NCBI GenBank assembly: GCA_016794565.1
Contig: JAEUHQ010000059.1
Coordinates: 16,723-80,722, forward strand
Direction: 5' to 3'
Source of the DNA: Planctomycetota bacterium
GTDB lineage: Bacteria; Planctomycetota; UBA1135; UBA2386
Length of the DNA stretch: 64,000 nucleotides
How positions within the stretch are numbered: position 1 is the stretch's first letter; the number at the start of each line of letters is the position of its first letter. Position numbers and translations under genes: made by a program. Shown here piece after piece: positions 1 through 9,135 of the stretch. The notes under the pieces were generated by a model. That model had not been told where the DNA came from and searched no databases. It worked only from the letters and a program-made list of their open reading frames with translations.

Positions 1-1
1 C

Positions 2-154
2 GACGCGGCCGCTGCGGGTGCCAACGTCGTGCCGGGCATCGAGATGTTCCTCGCGCAGGCGGCCGCCCAGGCGAAGTGGTTCACCGGCGTGGGCATCGAA
101 GTCGACACGCTGCGTTCGTTCCTGGCCGGCACCGCGGCGCTCGTCGAGGCCTGA
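2..154 (+). CDS. aroE: shikimate dehydrogenase-like protein, C-terminal fragment (gene begins upstream of window)
   Basis: Frame 2 reads ...AGANVVPGIEMFLAQAAAQAKWFTGVGIEVDTLRSFLAGTAALVEA*, ending at TGA 152-154. The G-x-x-M-(L/F)-x-x-QA...W-(F)-TG block matches the conserved C-terminal motif of AroE-type dehydrogenases. Only 50 codons are visible. Confidence 0.5.
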   Translation, partial: DAAAAGANVVPGIEMFLAQAAAQAKWFTGVGIEVDTLRSFLAGTAALVEA

Positions 155-230
155 ACGGCGCACCATCCGGCGAGGCCCCGGTGCCTTCGGCGATGCGGCG
201 CTCCGCCCGCGTCGGCTATCCTCGTCGCCG

Positions 231-824
231 ATGCAACCGACCGACGAAGAACTCGAGCAGCGCCTTCGCGGCGGCGACGACTCCGTGATGGCCGCGCTCC
301 TCGAACGCCTGCGCGAACGGCTCCTGCGCATGGTGCAGTTCCGGCTCGATCCGCGTCTCGTCGGCCGGATCGACGCGGAGGACGTGCTCCAGGAGTCGTA
401 CATCGAAGCCGGCAAGCGCCTGCAGGCGTTCCGGGACGACGACAAGCCGTTCCTCGTGTGGATCCGGATGATGACGCAGCAGACGATGATCGACCTGCAC
501 CGGAAGCATCTCGGTGCGAAGATGCGGAGCGCCGGCCGCGAGATCTCGGCGCCACGCAGCGGCACGCTCTCGGGCTTCTTCGTCGGCCACTACACGTCGC
601 CGAGCAACGCCGTCATGCGCGAAGAGCTGCGGCAGAGGGTCGAGGAAGCGCTCGAGAGCATGGACGAGATCGACCGGGAGGTGCTCCTTCTCCGCCACTT
701 CGAGGAGCTGTCGAACAAGGACGCCGCCGCGGTGCTCGGCATCCAGGAGAACGCGGCCAGCAATCGGTACGTGCGGGCCCTCGTGCGACTGAAAGGCATC
801 CTCGGGAACCTGGAGATGCCGTGA
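231..824 (+). CDS. ECF-type RNA polymerase sigma-70 family factor
   Basis: 197 aa from ATG 231. The track ORF starts at 18, but its first 71 codons are Arg/Ser/Pro-rich junk. Region 2 is present (DVLQESYIEAGKRLQAFRDD, FLVWIRMMTQQTMIDLHRKH). Region 4 HTH is present (REVLLLRHFEELSNKDAAAVLGIQENAASNRYVRALVRLK). Confidence 0.9.
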   Translation: MQPTDEELEQRLRGGDDSVMAALLERLRERLLRMVQFRLDPRLVGRIDAEDVLQESYIEAGKRLQAFRDDDKPFLVWIRMMTQQTMIDLHRKHLGAKMRSAGREISAPRSGTLSGFFVGHYTSPSNAVMREELRQRVEEALESMDEIDREVLLLRHFEELSNKDAAAVLGIQENAASNRYVRALVRLKGILGNLEMP

Positions 825-3535
825 GTTCGACCGACGAGTCCGTCGCCCGCGACCCCGTGGAAGCGCTCGTCGAGCAGTTCCTCGACCGCCACCGCCGCGG
901 CGAGGGCGTCGTGATCGAAGAGTTCGCTGCGGCTCACCCGGACCACGCCGTCACGTTGCGCGAGCTCCTGCCGACCCTCGTCGCCCTCGAGCGCGTGAAG
1001 CGCGAGCGGATGTCGACGACGGGACTCGGAACGCTCCGTGCGTCGGTGCCGGCGATGGAGCGGCTCGGCGACTTCCGCATCGTTCGCGAAGTCGGACGCG
1101 GCGGCATGGGAGTCGTCTTCGAGGCCGTGCAGGAGTCGCTCGAACGTCGCGTCGCGCTGAAGGTCCTGCCGCAGGCGTCTCTCCTCACGCCGAACCAGCT
1201 CGAGCGCTTCCGTCGTGAGGCGAAGATCGCGTCGCAACTGCACCACAGCAACATCGTGCCGGTGTTCGGGAGCGGAGCGACGGACGGGTACCACTGGTAC
1301 GCGATGCAGTTCATCGCCGGCGAGAGTCTGGAACAATGGCGCCAGGCGGCGGCGCGGACTCCGCCTTCGACCAACGGCGCGTGGCGCGATCGGGCGCGGC
1401 AGGTGGCCGACATCGGCCGGCAGGCCGCGAGTGCGCTGCACTACGCCCACACCCAGGGAACGCTGCATCGAGACGTGAAGCCGGGCAACCTGCTCATCGA
1501 GGATGACGACCACGTTTGGGTCACCGACTTCGGTCTCGCGAAGGCGCTCGAGGCCGAGGGACTCACGCACTCGGGCGACTTGCTGGGCACGCTGCAGTAC
1601 ATGGCGCCGGAGCAGTTCGCCGGGCGGTACGACGTCCGCAGCGAGGTGTACGCGCTCGGCATCACACTGTACGAGCTACTGGTCCTGCGGCACGCGTTCG
1701 CCGCGCGCACGCGCAGCGAACTGATGGAGCGGATCCGGACGTCGCCGCCGACTCCCCTCGCGAAGGCAGCCCCGGACGTGCCCGAGGACCTCGCGATCGT
1801 GATCGAGCGCGCGATCGCCCGCGACCCCGCGGATCGATACCCTGACGCGGAGGCGTTCGCGGCGGACCTCGATGCGTTCCTCTCCGATCGACCGATCTCG
1901 GCGCGGCGTCACTCGAGCCCGCAGCTCCTGCTGCGATGGTGCCGGCGCAACCGCGGCATGGCGGCGCTGGCGGCGAGCACGATCGTCGCGGTGATCGGGG
2001 CGGCGGTGACGGGATGGGTCTCGTACGCGGTTGCCGTCGATGCCCTCGGGCGCGAACAGACTGCGACCGCCGAGGCGCAGAGTCGCTCCCGCGAGAAGGA
2101 ACGGAACCTCGAGCTGATGCGCAGCACGTTCGCGGTCTTCTTCGACCAGCTGGTCGGCCGCGACCCGGCGCAGGCGTTCGGCGAGGAGCAGGACACCGGC
2201 GAGCAGACGGTGCTGGCGCGGCCGGTCGATCCCCGCGACATGTCGTTGCTGCAGACCATGCTCGTGCACTTCGATCGCTTCGCCGCGGAGAACGAGAACA
2301 ACCAGTCGCTTCGACTCGAGACCGCGCGCGCCCATCGCCGAGTCGGTGCGATCCAGGCGCGCCTCGGCAACCTCGACGAAGCGGCCGCCGGGTACGACAA
2401 GGCGCTCGAACGCTTCCACGAGATCACGGAACGCGACACGAAGGTCGAGGTCGCCGATGTCCTGCTCGCGTACGGACAGCTCGAGCACCGCCGTGGCCGG
2501 CCGGCGGAAGCCGAGCAGCGCCTGCGCCGCGCGCTCGACCTGCTCGGCGGCGACGCTGCGACCGATGCGCGCTCGCTGCGGTTCCGCCGCGCGGAAGCCC
2601 ACTTCCTCCTCGCCGACGCGCTGCTGGTCGGAGAACCGGGGCGACGTCCACCGGAGCGAGGGCGGGAAGCTCTTCGCGGTCGCGTGGAAGGTCGGCAGGA
2701 ACTCGCGGCGGCGTCGACGATCCTGGCGAGCCTCCTCGAACAGAGTCCTGCGGAGCCGGAGTATCTCGCACTTCGGGCCAGGTGCCTCCTGGTCGGCGGA
2801 CGCGTGCGCGGACAACCCGGGGATCGCGACGGTGAGCGGGACGCGGAACGGCGGGCGGATCGAACGGCCGGGATCACCATCTTCCGTCAGCTCGTGCGCG
2901 ACCATCCCGACGTCGACCAGTACGCGATCGAGTTGTGCAACGCGCTCCTCAACGATCGGCGGCCGGGGCCGCCGGGGCCCGACCGCGACGACGAACCGTC
3001 GTCCGTGGGTGCCCGCGTGCAGGAAGCGCGCGACCTCGCGGTCGCGCTGCTGAAGCGGCAGCCCGAGTTCGCCGAGTACAAGGTCCTGCGCGCGCGGTCG
3101 GGTGCCGCGTTGGGCCGCCTGCTCCTTCGCGGCAGCGCCGGCGATGGGGCCGCGGCCGCGGCTCGCCGCGACGAGGCGGAGGGCGAACTCCGCCTCGCGC
3201 TCGAGATCGGCGAGTCTCTCGGCACGAAGGGCGACCCGATCGATCTCCTCCGGGCGCGCGTGTCGCTCGCGAACCTGCTGGTGGATGCCGGCAAGCCGGA
3301 CGCGGCGAGGGCGGAGGCCGCCAAGGTGGTGGCGGAGCTCAGGGAGTTCGCCGGCGCGCGCCGGAACGGGCGACCGCCGCTCCTGCGGCTGGAGTTGTTC
3401 GCGGAGGTCGAGGGGCTCGTACGCCGGTCGGGGCCGGCAGAGCTGCTCCGGGATCTGGCCGAACTGCGCGAGAAGGTGCCGCCCGGCGATCGTCCGGAGC
3501 GCAGCGGTCCGCCGCAGTCACCGCGACGTCGCTGA
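821..3535 (+). CDS. Ser/Thr protein kinase with one TM helix and a C-terminal TPR-like repeat domain
   Basis: 904 aa from GTG 821, overlapping the sigma-factor stop (GTGA at 821-824). Hanks kinase motifs GRGGMGVVF, VALKVL, HRDVKPGNLLI, DFGLAK and GTLQYMAPEQ are present. There is one hydrophobic helix (MAALAASTIVAVIGAAVTGWVSYAVAV) followed by about 480 aa of Ala/Leu/Arg-rich TPR-like repeats. Confidence 0.9.
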   Translation: MSSTDESVARDPVEALVEQFLDRHRRGEGVVIEEFAAAHPDHAVTLRELLPTLVALERVKRERMSTTGLGTLRASVPAMERLGDFRIVREVGRGGMGVVFEAVQESLERRVALKVLPQASLLTPNQLERFRREAKIASQLHHSNIVPVFGSGATDGYHWYAMQFIAGESLEQWRQAAARTPPSTNGAWRDRARQVADIGRQAASALHYAHTQGTLHRDVKPGNLLIEDDDHVWVTDFGLAKALEAEGLTHSGDLLGTLQYMAPEQFAGRYDVRSEVYALGITLYELLVLRHAFAARTRSELMERIRTSPPTPLAKAAPDVPEDLAIVIERAIARDPADRYPDAEAFAADLDAFLSDRPISARRHSSPQLLLRWCRRNRGMAALAASTIVAVIGAAVTGWVSYAVAVDALGREQTATAEAQSRSREKERNLELMRSTFAVFFDQLVGRDPAQAFGEEQDTGEQTVLARPVDPRDMSLLQTMLVHFDRFAAENENNQSLRLETARAHRRVGAIQARLGNLDEAAAGYDKALERFHEITERDTKVEVADVLLAYGQLEHRRGRPAEAEQRLRRALDLLGGDAATDARSLRFRRAEAHFLLADALLVGEPGRRPPERGREALRGRVEGRQELAAASTILASLLEQSPAEPEYLALRARCLLVGGRVRGQPGDRDGERDAERRADRTAGITIFRQLVRDHPDVDQYAIELCNALLNDRRPGPPGPDRDDEPSSVGARVQEARDLAVALLKRQPEFAEYKVLRARSGAALGRLLLRGSAGDGAAAAARRDEAEGELRLALEIGESLGTKGDPIDLLRARVSLANLLVDAGKPDAARAEAAKVVAELREFAGARRNGRPPLLRLELFAEVEGLVRRSGPAELLRDLAELREKVPPGDRPERSGPPQSPRRR

Positions 3536-3540
3536 ACGCT

Positions 3541-4176
3541 TCAGAACAGGATCCACCGTTCGTCGTCGAAGCCGCGGTAGTACGACGTGATCTCGAGCAG
3601 ACCGTGCGGCCGACGGTGGCTGCGCCCAGGGATCGGGCGGCGGTCCCCGAGGCCGCGGTAGCTGGCCGCGAGATTCCGCGAGTAGGCGCGGGGAGCGTCG
3701 TCAGGATGGAAGAACGCGCAATGGCCGGGACCGGTGTTCGACAGGGGCCATGCCATGGCTTCGAACGCCGGCACGGTGCCGCGGCCGACGAGCACGTTCG
3801 CTGCAACCGGCGACGCCGCGAGATGGAACGCGTAGTGCTTGTTCTCGAGCGTCAACACCGTGCCGGGCAGGGGCGGGTCGCGAATCTCGAGATCGACGAG
3901 GTGCAGACCGTCGCGAAGGCCGAGGCGGATGAAGCGTGCGTGCAGGACATCGGGGTCCGGAGCAGCGATCGTCCCGAAGTCGTGCGCGGCCTCGATCAGG
4001 CCTTCGGCGATGGCGTCGGCGCGGCGTTCGATGCGCGCGGTGCGTTCCGCGGTGAACCACGGCACCCACAGGCTCGTGCCGAGCAGACCGACGCCGAGCA
4101 GCAGGTACCACGTGGCGGGATTGCGAAACCGGGACGGCCGCCACGACGACATCGCGGCAGTATCCTGGCCCGCCAT
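3541..4176 (-). CDS. hypothetical membrane-anchored protein
   Basis: 211 aa with strong third-position GC bias. N-terminal hydrophobic helix (WYLLLGVGLLGTSLWVPWF). No domain recognised. Start may be ATG 4176 or ATG 4152. Confidence 0.6.
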   Translation of the reverse strand: MAGQDTAAMSSWRPSRFRNPATWYLLLGVGLLGTSLWVPWFTAERTARIERRADAIAEGLIEAAHDFGTIAAPDPDVLHARFIRLGLRDGLHLVDLEIRDPPLPGTVLTLENKHYAFHLAASPVAANVLVGRGTVPAFEAMAWPLSNTGPGHCAFFHPDDAPRAYSRNLAASYRGLGDRRPIPGRSHRRPHGLLEITSYYRGFDDERWILF

Positions 4177-5536
4177 GGGTGTTGCCAGGATCGATCACGC
4201 GCCTTCCGTGCCGGACCCGGTCGCGTCGGTGCTCGAGGGCATCGCGCGGGCGGGTGGGCGCGCGTGGCTCGTCGGCGGCACGGTGCGCGATCTGCTGCTC
4301 GGCGATGTGCCGCGCGATTTCGACGTCGCGACGGACCTCGAACCGCAGCACGTGCTGCGTGCCTTCCCCGACGCGGACGCGCGGGACTCGAGGTTCGGGG
4401 TCTGTCGCATCCCGTCGATCGGCGAGCCGATCTCGGTGACGACGTTGCGCCGCGAAGGCACCTATGCCGATCGCCGTCGGCCGGATGCGGTCGAGTTCGT
4501 GGCGGATCCCGCGGTCGACGCGGTGCGCCGGGACTTCACGGTGAACGCGCTCTACCTCGATGTCGGTCGGCGCGAAGTGTTCGATCCGTGCGGCGGCCTT
4601 CTCGACCTCGAGGCGCGGTTGCTGCGGTGCATCGGGGAAGCGGAGCTGCGCTTCGACGAGGATCCGCTGCGCCTCCTGCGCGCGATCCGTTTCGCCGCGC
4701 GATGCGGCCTCTCCGTCGAGGGCTCGACGAGCGCCGCCATCCGCGCCCGCGCCGCTGGAGCCGCGACGTTGTCCGCCGAGCGCACGTTCGCCGAACTGAC
4801 GGACTCGTTCACCGGCCGCGGTCGCGGCCGCGCGCTCGAGTTGTTCGTGCGGCTCGGGATCGCTGCCGTCCTGCTGCCCGAAGTGGCGGCGATGGACGGC
4901 GTGACGCAGCCGCCGGAGTACCACCCGGAAGGCGACGTGCTCACCCACGTCTGCCTCGTGCTCGGCCACGTTCCCGAGGGCGACGCGGTGCTGTCGTGGA
5001 GCGCGGTGTTGCACGATGTCGGCAAGCCGCCGACGTGGCGACAGGCCGAGGACCGCATCCGGTTCGACGGACACGACACGCTGTCGGCGTCGATGGCCGA
5101 CGACGTGCTCCGTCGCCTCCGCGCGCCGGCGGACCTGCGCGAAGCGGTGGTGGAGGTGTGCCGCGACCACATCCGTTTCGCCGCGCTGCCGAAGATGCGG
5201 CCGCGGCGCGCCGAACGGTGGATGCGTTCGCCGCACTTCGCCAAGCACCTCGCGTTCCACCGAGCCGACTGCCTCGGGAGCCACGCGGATCTCTCGTCCT
5301 GGGACTTCGCGCAGGCGAAGTTCGCCGCGCTGGCGCCCGAGACGGAGCCGCTCGTCACCGGTGCGGACGTGCTGGAACTCGGCGTACCATCGGGGCCTCG
5401 CATCGGCGCGCTGATCCGCGCGGTGCACGACGCGGCGGACGAAGGGCCGGTGGCAATGGACCGTCCGGCCGCGTTGATCCTCCTGCGGGAATTGGTCGAA
5501 CGCGATCGTCAAGGCGGAGCGGACCGGGCTCGATAA
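4175..5536 (+). CDS. cca: CCA-adding enzyme / poly(A) polymerase-family tRNA nucleotidyltransferase with HD domain
   Basis: 453 aa from ATG 4175. Nucleotidyltransferase head GRAWLVGGTVRDLLLG...RDFDVATD is present. C-terminal HD-type region has HPEGDVLTH ... LHDVGKP. A downstream GTG start is also possible. Confidence 0.85.
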   Translation: MGVARIDHAPSVPDPVASVLEGIARAGGRAWLVGGTVRDLLLGDVPRDFDVATDLEPQHVLRAFPDADARDSRFGVCRIPSIGEPISVTTLRREGTYADRRRPDAVEFVADPAVDAVRRDFTVNALYLDVGRREVFDPCGGLLDLEARLLRCIGEAELRFDEDPLRLLRAIRFAARCGLSVEGSTSAAIRARAAGAATLSAERTFAELTDSFTGRGRGRALELFVRLGIAAVLLPEVAAMDGVTQPPEYHPEGDVLTHVCLVLGHVPEGDAVLSWSAVLHDVGKPPTWRQAEDRIRFDGHDTLSASMADDVLRRLRAPADLREAVVEVCRDHIRFAALPKMRPRRAERWMRSPHFAKHLAFHRADCLGSHADLSSWDFAQAKFAALAPETEPLVTGADVLELGVPSGPRIGALIRAVHDAADEGPVAMDRPAALILLRELVERDRQGGADRAR

Positions 5537-5576
5537 GGGGCAGGTGGCGGCGCTCGCGCTGCCCAGGAAGGAGATC

Positions 5577-6410
5577 ATGCCCATCCGAAGCCACGACCAG
5601 TTCGACGACTTCCGCAAGGAGCGGAAGCGACAGCAAGCCCGCGCTCCCGTCAGCGGCGGGTCGGTCCTCTACGAGAACAAGGCTCTGCGCGAGCTGGAGC
5701 AGGTCGAAGCGCGCGAAGTGCGCGACCAGCAGTTGACCCGTGAAGTGCACGACTTCTTCGCGCACGCGACGCGCCAGGCCGCGAACATCGTCGAGAAGGT
5801 CGCGCGGGACGCGCAGGAGCAGGCCGGTGTCCGTGTCGAGCAGGAGATGGAAGCGTTCCTGATCGACGCGCTGGCGCGCATGAACTCGTTCGTCCTGACG
5901 GCGATGAACCAGCGCCGCGCGCCGGTTGCCGAAGCGCGCATCGAGCCGAGCATCGGCAACATCGTCGGCGACTCGCTGGACGAGTTCCGTTGGGAGGGAA
6001 CGGCGGACGTCGGCGACAAGCACATCGGTCAGGATCCGTTCGCGACGGACGTGGACGAAGTGCGTCGCCAGTTCCGCGCCGAAGTCGGGACCACGGAGGC
6101 CACGCCACCGTCGGTGCCGATCGAGGAGCACCTGGTCGCCGCGGTGGTGGAAGAGCAGAACGAAACGCCCGCGGGCGAGCCGGCGGTCGACGACGAGCGG
6201 GACGCTGGCAATGGACCGCCTCCCGTCGCCGCTCCGGAGACCGCGCGGATCAGCGCGGCGCCGTCGCCGCTCACGGCACCATCGCCGTCCGCGGAACTCG
6301 AGCGGTTCAAGGCGGCTCTGAAGTCCCTCGTGCTGCAGGGCACCATGTCCCGCGACGAGGCGCGCGCCGCATGGCAGACGCGGTTGCGGGCCATGGGCCA
6401 CAAGGCCTGA
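5577..6410 (+). CDS. hypothetical protein (coiled-coil-like N-half, Pro/Ala-rich linker)
   Basis: 277 aa from ATG 5577, preceded by AGGAAGGAG. Good GC3 bias. No domain recognised. Confidence 0.6.
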   Translation: MPIRSHDQFDDFRKERKRQQARAPVSGGSVLYENKALRELEQVEAREVRDQQLTREVHDFFAHATRQAANIVEKVARDAQEQAGVRVEQEMEAFLIDALARMNSFVLTAMNQRRAPVAEARIEPSIGNIVGDSLDEFRWEGTADVGDKHIGQDPFATDVDEVRRQFRAEVGTTEATPPSVPIEEHLVAAVVEEQNETPAGEPAVDDERDAGNGPPPVAAPETARISAAPSPLTAPSPSAELERFKAALKSLVLQGTMSRDEARAAWQTRLRAMGHKA

Positions 6411-6416
6411 GCCGCC

Positions 6417-7277
6417 TCACGTGAGGGCAATGCGTCGGGAGATCCGACGCGCCGCCGGGATCACTGCGGCGATGCCCGCTGCCTCGATCGGCCGCTCGGC
6501 CGCGAGCGCGAGGAGCGCCGTGAAGGCCATCGTGCCGAGCAGCAGGAAGGTCATGGATCGCCGGATCGCCGAACGATCCCAGCTCGTTCGGCGCGAGTTG
6601 CCGCGGAGGAACAGGAACGCGGCGACCGCCGCGATGGCCGGCGCCGGCCACAGCCCGTTCTGGACCGTCCACAGTCCGCACAAGGCGAGGAGCGGTGGTG
6701 CCGTCTGCACGGCGGCGACGGCGCGCGGGCGCACGTTCGGCGCGTCCTCGAAGATCCCGAGGATCGTCACCGCCACGATGTAGCCGCCGTAGCACGCCGC
6801 GGCGACGACGAGGGCGTGCCGATGCTCCGTGGCGATCGCCGCGCCGTCGACGGCGAGGGCGGTCCCGAGGTTCAGGCCCCGCAGTGTCCCCATCACGACC
6901 GGGCCGAGCCAGCCCGCTCGTTTCGCCACGAAGTCGTACGTGAGCACCAGCACGGCGATGAGTCCGTGGTGCGGCAGGCACGGCGAGACGATCAGGCCCG
7001 CGGCGAGCAGGGTCGTCCCGAGCCCGATCGCGAACGCGAGCGACAGGTCGCCGCGCGGCAGCGGTCGTTCCGGCCGATGCACCGCGTCCTCGCGGCGATC
7101 GGCGACGTCGTTCCACACCATGCCCGCGGCGTAGAGCAGCACACTCGCAACGACCGCACGCACCACGTCGGGCGACCACGGCAATTGCGCGACGGCCGCG
7201 GAGGCGACGACGTCCGCGGCGGGGGAGAAGAGCGTGCCGACGCGCAGGAGGCGGAGCACGGGCATCACGTTGGGCAC
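6417..7277 (-). CDS. UbiA-family prenyltransferase
   Basis: 286 aa polytopic membrane protein. It carries the UbiA signature NDVADRREDAVHRPERPLPRG (NDxxDxxxD...RPLxxG). Confidence 0.8.
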   Translation of the reverse strand: MPNVMPVLRLLRVGTLFSPAADVVASAAVAQLPWSPDVVRAVVASVLLYAAGMVWNDVADRREDAVHRPERPLPRGDLSLAFAIGLGTTLLAAGLIVSPCLPHHGLIAVLVLTYDFVAKRAGWLGPVVMGTLRGLNLGTALAVDGAAIATEHRHALVVAAACYGGYIVAVTILGIFEDAPNVRPRAVAAVQTAPPLLALCGLWTVQNGLWPAPAIAAVAAFLFLRGNSRRTSWDRSAIRRSMTFLLLGTMAFTALLALAAERPIEAAGIAAVIPAARRISRRIALT

Positions 7278-7314
7278 CCGGCGATTCGACGCGAAACGCG
7301 CCGCGCGGGCAACG

Positions 7315-9135
7315 TCAGAGCAGGCGCAGGATGTCGTTGTAGGTGACGAACAGCACCAGCAGCAGCACGAAGACGAGGCCGACGACCTGGCTGTAGCCGA
7401 GCACGCGTGTGCTCACCGGCGAACCCTTCACCTTCTCGATGAGGAGGAACAGCAAGTACCCGCCGTCGAGCACCGGGATCGGGAGCAGGTTGACGAACGC
7501 GAGGTTGACGCTCAGCAGTCCGAGGAAGAACCAGAACCAGCTCGCGCCGCGTTGCGCCGCCTGATAGCTGAACTGGCTGATGCGGATGATGCCGCCGAGG
7601 TTCTTGGCGCCGACTTCGCCGGTGAAGAGGCGCTTCATCGTCATGTAGAGCTGCTTCACGAGATCGAGCGAACACACGAAGCCGAGGCGGATCGCTTCGC
7701 CGAACGACTCGGCCTTCACTTCCTGCATCAGCGGCGAGAACTGCGGATTCAGGCCGAAGTCGGGCAACGCCTTCTTCGCCGGAGTGACGGTGATCGTGAC
7801 CGTGTCCCCGGCGGCGGGGTCGGTGAGCGCCTCGGCGGCGGCGTCGGCGCGGAGACGGCGGACGACGAGTCGTAGCGGACGGCCCTCGGCGCGTTCGACG
7901 GCATTGCGGAGGCCGTCCCAGTCCTCGACCTCGGCCTCGTCGATCCGGACGAGCCGGTCACCGGCCTGCAGCCCGGCGCTCGCGGCCGGGTCGCCGGCCC
8001 AGGGCAGGAGCAGGAGACCGACCGAATCCGCTCCGAGCGCGACGTGGTCGGCGAAGGACGCGCGTTCCGCCCCATCGGTCGCGCTCTCGAGCACGAGGGT
8101 CTTGCTGTCGCGCTGCACGTGCCAGCGCGTGCGATCGGGTCCGCTGCCGAACGCCGCGAGGTCCCCGGCCGTGAATGGGCGGTCGTCGACCGCCAACACG
8201 ACGTCTCCTCGACGGAGCCCGAGACGCTGCACGAGCGGGTGCGCGCTGCGAAGCCCTTCGATCCGGCGCGGCAACAAGGTCACGCCGATGCGGGCCGGCG
8301 AGTCGCGGTCGCTCGCTCGCGGCGTCACCGTGGCTTCGAGCGTCGCCTCGCCGCGGCGGACGCGGACGAGCGCCGGCTCCGCGGGCAGCGAGCGAGTCAG
8401 CAGGTCGTGGGGCGGGCGGCCTGCGCACTGTTCCAGCACGTCGCCCGTTCGCAGTCCGGCCGCGAACGCGGCACTGTCGGCGTCGACGAGGAGCTGCGGC
8501 GGGGCTTGGTCGACGGCACTCTGGATGCCGAGGCCGTACAGACCAGAGTTCGGGTCGAAATGGGGGACGACGGTGACCGTCCGGTCCTTGCCGTCTTCGC
8601 CGCGGACCACGAGCACGGCGGCGCGATTGCCGACCAGCGCGAGCTCGGTCGAGAGGTTCTCGAACGAGTACATCGCCTTGCCGTTGATCGACGTGATGCG
8701 GTCCCCGGCGCGGAGTTCGGCTTCCCACGCGGCGCCGCCGACGCCGACGTAGCCGATCACCGGGGCGGTGAACTCCACGCCGACGCGGAACACGATCGGG
8801 AACGCGACGAGGGCGAACAACGCGTTCATCACCACGCCGCCGGACCAGAACAGGGCCCGCTGGCCGATCGACTTGGACCAGAGACACTGCTCGCGCGGGT
8901 AGCGACGGTCGCCCGGATCCTGCCCGGCGACCATCACGAATCCGCCGAACGGCACCGCGGAGAGGCGGAAGTCGGTGCCGCGCCAGACGAAACCGGCGAG
9001 CCGCGGCCCGAAGCCGAGCGAGAACACTTCGACGTGCACGCCGGCCATTCGCGCCGCGAGGAAGTGGCCGAGTTCGTGGACGAAGATCAGCAGGCCGATG
9101 CCGATCGCCGCGAGGAGAATGCTGCCGAAGGCCAT
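7315..9135 (-). CDS. rseP: RseP-type site-2 zinc metalloprotease (M50) with four PDZ-like segments
   Basis: 606 aa from ATG 9135. The track ORF runs on to 9855 through dxr. HELGH lies near the N-terminus and NLLPIPVLDGG near the C-terminus. Four segments each contain GL(R/Q)xGD (AELRAGDRITSING, AGLRTGDVLEQCAG, LGLRRGDVVLAVDD, AGLQAGDRLVRIDE). Confidence 0.9.
   Translation of the reverse strand: MAFGSILLAAIGIGLLIFVHELGHFLAARMAGVHVEVFSLGFGPRLAGFVWRGTDFRLSAVPFGGFVMVAGQDPGDRRYPREQCLWSKSIGQRALFWSGGVVMNALFALVAFPIVFRVGVEFTAPVIGYVGVGGAAWEAELRAGDRITSINGKAMYSFENLSTELALVGNRAAVLVVRGEDGKDRTVTVVPHFDPNSGLYGLGIQSAVDQAPPQLLVDADSAAFAAGLRTGDVLEQCAGRPPHDLLTRSLPAEPALVRVRRGEATLEATVTPRASDRDSPARIGVTLLPRRIEGLRSAHPLVQRLGLRRGDVVLAVDDRPFTAGDLAAFGSGPDRTRWHVQRDSKTLVLESATDGAERASFADHVALGADSVGLLLLPWAGDPAASAGLQAGDRLVRIDEAEVEDWDGLRNAVERAEGRPLRLVVRRLRADAAAEALTDPAAGDTVTITVTPAKKALPDFGLNPQFSPLMQEVKAESFGEAIRLGFVCSLDLVKQLYMTMKRLFTGEVGAKNLGGIIRISQFSYQAAQRGASWFWFFLGLLSVNLAFVNLLPIPVLDGGYLLFLLIEKVKGSPVSTRVLGYSQVVGLVFVLLLVLFVTYNDILRLL

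Noticed and set aside
2935-5736. 933-aa plus-strand ORF, together with the 638-aa minus-strand ORF 3701..5617
   Set aside because: The translations are Arg/Pro/Gly/Ala-rich low complexity without motifs. They run out of frame or antisense across well-supported genes (kinase 3' end, 3541..4176, cca, 5577..6410). These are typical high-GC shadow ORFs.
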